Virus record (IMG/VR): IMGVR_UViG_3300037149_000105
Span: 32,001 to 96,000 of that record
From: a virus
DNA: 64,000 nucleotides
Strand: one strand, 5' to 3'
Part shown: in pieces, positions 61,514 through 64,000 of the stretch
Position numbering within the stretch: the stretch's first letter is position 1
Layout of the letters: each line of letters begins with the position of its first letter
Position numbers and translations under genes: made by a program
Notes under the pieces: model-generated
The model's database searches: none
What the model saw: the letters and a program-made list of their open reading frames with translations, nothing else
What the model was told of the DNA's origin: nothing

Positions 61514-62239
61514 ATGAAAGAAGGATACACTCACATCTCTGCCATTATCGACCGTTCAGGTTCGATGTTCGGCATCAAAACCGATACCGAGGGCGGGTAT
61601 AACACCTTCCTGAAGGATCAGAAAGAACTGCCAGGGGAGGCTACGATCAGCCTCACTACATTTGACGACCGGATTGAACTCGAATACGGAATGATCGCCA
61701 TCAAGGATGCCCCCGCCTTCACCCTCCAGCCCCATGGTATGACTGCCATGCTGGATGCCATTGGTGTGACCATCAAGAACCTGGGAGCCAAGCTGGCAGC
61801 CATGGATGAAGCCGACCGTCCCGAGAAGGTTCTGGTTGTGATTCTCACTGATGGCGAGGAGAACAGCAGCAAGGAATACACCTATCAGACCATCAAGGCC
61901 ATGATCACCGAACAAACCGAAGTTTACTCCTGGGAGTTCCTGTTCCTAGGAGCCAACCAGGATGCGGTTCTGGCCGGGAGTCAGATTGGCATCTCCGCTG
62001 GCAAGAGCATGAGCTATGCGGCCAACGGAGCCAGTGTGGGCAACACTTTCACAACCATATCCAAATCCAGTTCTGCTTATCGGATGTCGGCCCGAGGGGT
62101 CGCTGCCCCTGATTTCACCAATCAGGATCGCGCTGATTCCATGATTCTGGATCCGAGTGCAGCAACCAGTGTTTCGGCTGGGGTTCCTAACGTTCAGACG
62201 TTCAACCCACCTCCGGTTCCCCCAGCAGATCCTAAGTAA
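61514..62239 (+). CDS. vWA domain protein
   Basis: DRSGSM MIDAS, TAMLDAIG, ILTDGEENSS, FLGAN. Confidence 0.9.
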   Translation: MKEGYTHISAIIDRSGSMFGIKTDTEGGYNTFLKDQKELPGEATISLTTFDDRIELEYGMIAIKDAPAFTLQPHGMTAMLDAIGVTIKNLGAKLAAMDEADRPEKVLVVILTDGEENSSKEYTYQTIKAMITEQTEVYSWEFLFLGANQDAVLAGSQIGISAGKSMSYAANGASVGNTFTTISKSSSAYRMSARGVAAPDFTNQDRADSMILDPSAATSVSAGVPNVQTFNPPPVPPADPK

Positions 62240-62306
62240 GCTCAGCGACTAGCCGCTTCTAATGTGTGAACCTACAAAATAGGCTAATGACACGGGAGGA
62301 GCCATA

Positions 62307-62780
62307 ATGTCCATCTTAACCGAGTGGGTCTCTACCCTAGAAGCCACCACTTATCCCTGGACTGATCAGTATTTACATACGCCTAATGGGTTCGACCCAT
62401 TAGGCGTTTTGTGTGAAATGTATCGTCTCACGTTCTCCGCTCAGCCGATTCAGGATCAACCAACTTGGGTTTTGGGCCCTACTGGCACCTTTTACATCTT
62501 CACCGATCCTGGGGCTACTGACGGCATCAGCAACAAGCTCCCTGAGTCGGTTCAGCGATGGGCTGATTTGTTGGAAGCGGATCCAATCATGGTTCTGACC
62601 GATAGCAATGTAGACATTGGCTATCCGGTCTACATCCCTCTGAATGAAGTGGTGGATGGATTGGTTCTGAAGGTGGATACCACCATCCCCCCGGTTTTCG
62701 GGGTGCAGCAGCGGCCTTATTCAAATACTGAAATTATAGCTCTTATCGCTGCATTCGTCGCTTCCTACAATCCTGATTAA
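62307..62780 (+). CDS. Hypothetical protein
   Basis: 157 aa, GGAGGAG RBS. Confidence 0.7.
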   Translation: MSILTEWVSTLEATTYPWTDQYLHTPNGFDPLGVLCEMYRLTFSAQPIQDQPTWVLGPTGTFYIFTDPGATDGISNKLPESVQRWADLLEADPIMVLTDSNVDIGYPVYIPLNEVVDGLVLKVDTTIPPVFGVQQRPYSNTEIIALIAAFVASYNPD

Positions 62781-62834
62781 ACTTTTTTGAAAAAAGACTA
62801 ACCAAAAATCAAAACTCGCGGTATTATCTCTAGG

Positions 62835-62884
62835 TAGACGCTAACAGCAATCTCATCCCCTGTAACGGAACGAAACTGCGTCTA
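62835..62884 (+). ncRNA. AGAC-N5-CAGCAA family RNA, copy 4 (leader of the TROVE-like gene)
   Basis: TAGACGC/GCGTCTA stem, CTGTAAC loop, followed by U-tract. Confidence 0.6.
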
Positions 62885-62892
62885 GTGTTTTT

Positions 62893-62924
62893 GTCTCATG
62901 GCCGTGCCATGAGTGGATTGAAAC
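62893..62924 (+). CRISPR. Solitary 32-nt type I-C repeat-like unit
   Basis: GT-CTCATGGC-CGT-GCCATGAG-TGGATTGAAAC. Confidence 0.75.
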
Positions 62925-62939
62925 AAATAGGAGATCGTC

Positions 62940-64000
62940 GTGTCCAACCTGCTTAACGCCATCACCCGCACTCAGAACTACACCCGTACCGAGAATGGTG
63001 CGCTGACGCATCAGTCCACGCTGGACGGTGTGCTTGACTTCTATTACCACGCTCCCGCTCGTCGGGGTCAGGACAACACTGCCCTCTTCTTGAAGGCATT
63101 TGGCGAGGACCGTCTGACGGCCATCCGCTGCCTTTTCTACATCCGTGACATCCGTGGGGGTCAGGGGGAGCGTGAGACCTTCCGTCAGGGTCTGCGCGAA
63201 CTGTACAAGAACTTCCGTGAGGTGTTCGACCACATCCTCTCCTATGTGCCGGTCTACGGTCGTTGGGACGACATCGTGGAGTACGTCTCCGATCAGAAGG
63301 TCGTGTCGGTCATCCATGAGCAGCTAAACCTGGATCTCGGATCCGAAGAGGGTGTGAGCCTCCTGGCGAAGTGGATGCCCTCCATCAACACCTCTTCCAA
63401 GGAGACGGTCGCCCTGGCGCACCGATGGGTGAAGGCTCTGGGTTGGACTCCCGTCCAGTACCGCAAGAATCTCTCTACCCTCCGTGGCCGCATCAAGCTG
63501 GTCGAGACCGCCATGTCCCAGAACCAGTGGGACTCCATCTCTTACGGCCAGATTCCATCCCGTGCGGGTCTGCTCTACAAGGATGCGTTCAAGCGTCATG
63601 ATGGTGCTCGTTACGACGAGTTCCTGGCGGCGGTTGTGCGGGGTGAGGAGAAAATCAACTCCGGCACCCTCTACCCCTACGAACTGGTGGCCAAGTCCAT
63701 CGGCCAGAAGGACCAGACCGCCGAGGCGATGTGGAAGTGCCTGCCGAACTATGCGGATACCGACGACAACGCTCTGGTTGTCGCAGATGTTTCGGGCTCG
63801 ATGTGTGGGGCTCGTGGGCCAAGCAACATCGCCCCGATCACCGTGTGCATCAGCCTCGCCATCTATCTGGCTGAGCGGAACAAGGGGATCTTCCACAACA
63901 AGTTCATCACCTTCAGTGAGACCCCGGCTGTCCAGTCTCTCAAGGGGGACACCCTCTACGAGAAGGTCAGCAACCTCTCCAGGGCAACCTGGGGCATGAA
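62940..64000 (+). CDS. DUF2828 / TROVE(Ro60)-like protein with vWA domain (partial)
   Basis: Missing from ORF track (runs off window end). GTG after AGGAG; TENGA...ST, RDIRGGQGER, YGRWDD, LLAKWMP, LYPYE, VVADVSGSM. Confidence 0.85.
   Translation, partial: MSNLLNAITRTQNYTRTENGALTHQSTLDGVLDFYYHAPARRGQDNTALFLKAFGEDRLTAIRCLFYIRDIRGGQGERETFRQGLRELYKNFREVFDHILSYVPVYGRWDDIVEYVSDQKVVSVIHEQLNLDLGSEEGVSLLAKWMPSINTSSKETVALAHRWVKALGWTPVQYRKNLSTLRGRIKLVETAMSQNQWDSISYGQIPSRAGLLYKDAFKRHDGARYDEFLAAVVRGEEKINSGTLYPYELVAKSIGQKDQTAEAMWKCLPNYADTDDNALVVADVSGSMCGARGPSNIAPITVCISLAIYLAERNKGIFHNKFITFSETPAVQSLKGDTLYEKVSNLSRATWGM

Overview
64 kb of a large tailed-phage (jumbo-phage-like, probably myovirus) genome. 1-10.6 kb is a minus-strand tail/baseplate module (hub-like protein, tape measure with C-terminal lysozyme-like domain, chaperones). 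10.7-44.3 kb is mostly plus strand: class II RNR, dUTPase, rIIA/rIIB, RNA ligase, HNH/LAGLIDADG endonucleases, a minus-strand TnpB, a collagen-like fibre, DinG- and DnaB-like helicases, phosphoesterases, an Ntn protease and an NTase-HD fusion. 44.3-57.5 kb is a 13 kb RNA island with about 15 recognisable tRNAs (several non-canonical), a tmRNA, many unassigned structured RNAs and three HNH genes. 57.5-64 kb holds early genes, two 2H phosphoesterases, a vWA protein and a DUF2828/TROVE-like gene that runs off the window. Most notable: (1) four solitary type I-C CRISPR-repeat-like hairpins with co-varying stems, three lying 15-17 nt upstream of start codons, with no cas genes or array in the window; (2) a four-copy AGAC-N5-CAGCAA RNA family, some copies carrying anticodon-loop mimics, one of which is the leader of the TROVE-like gene; (3) an apparently nuclease-dead TnpB derivative that keeps an IS200/605 right-end/omegaRNA hairpin. 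All assignments come from reading motifs by eye; no database searches or folding programs were run.
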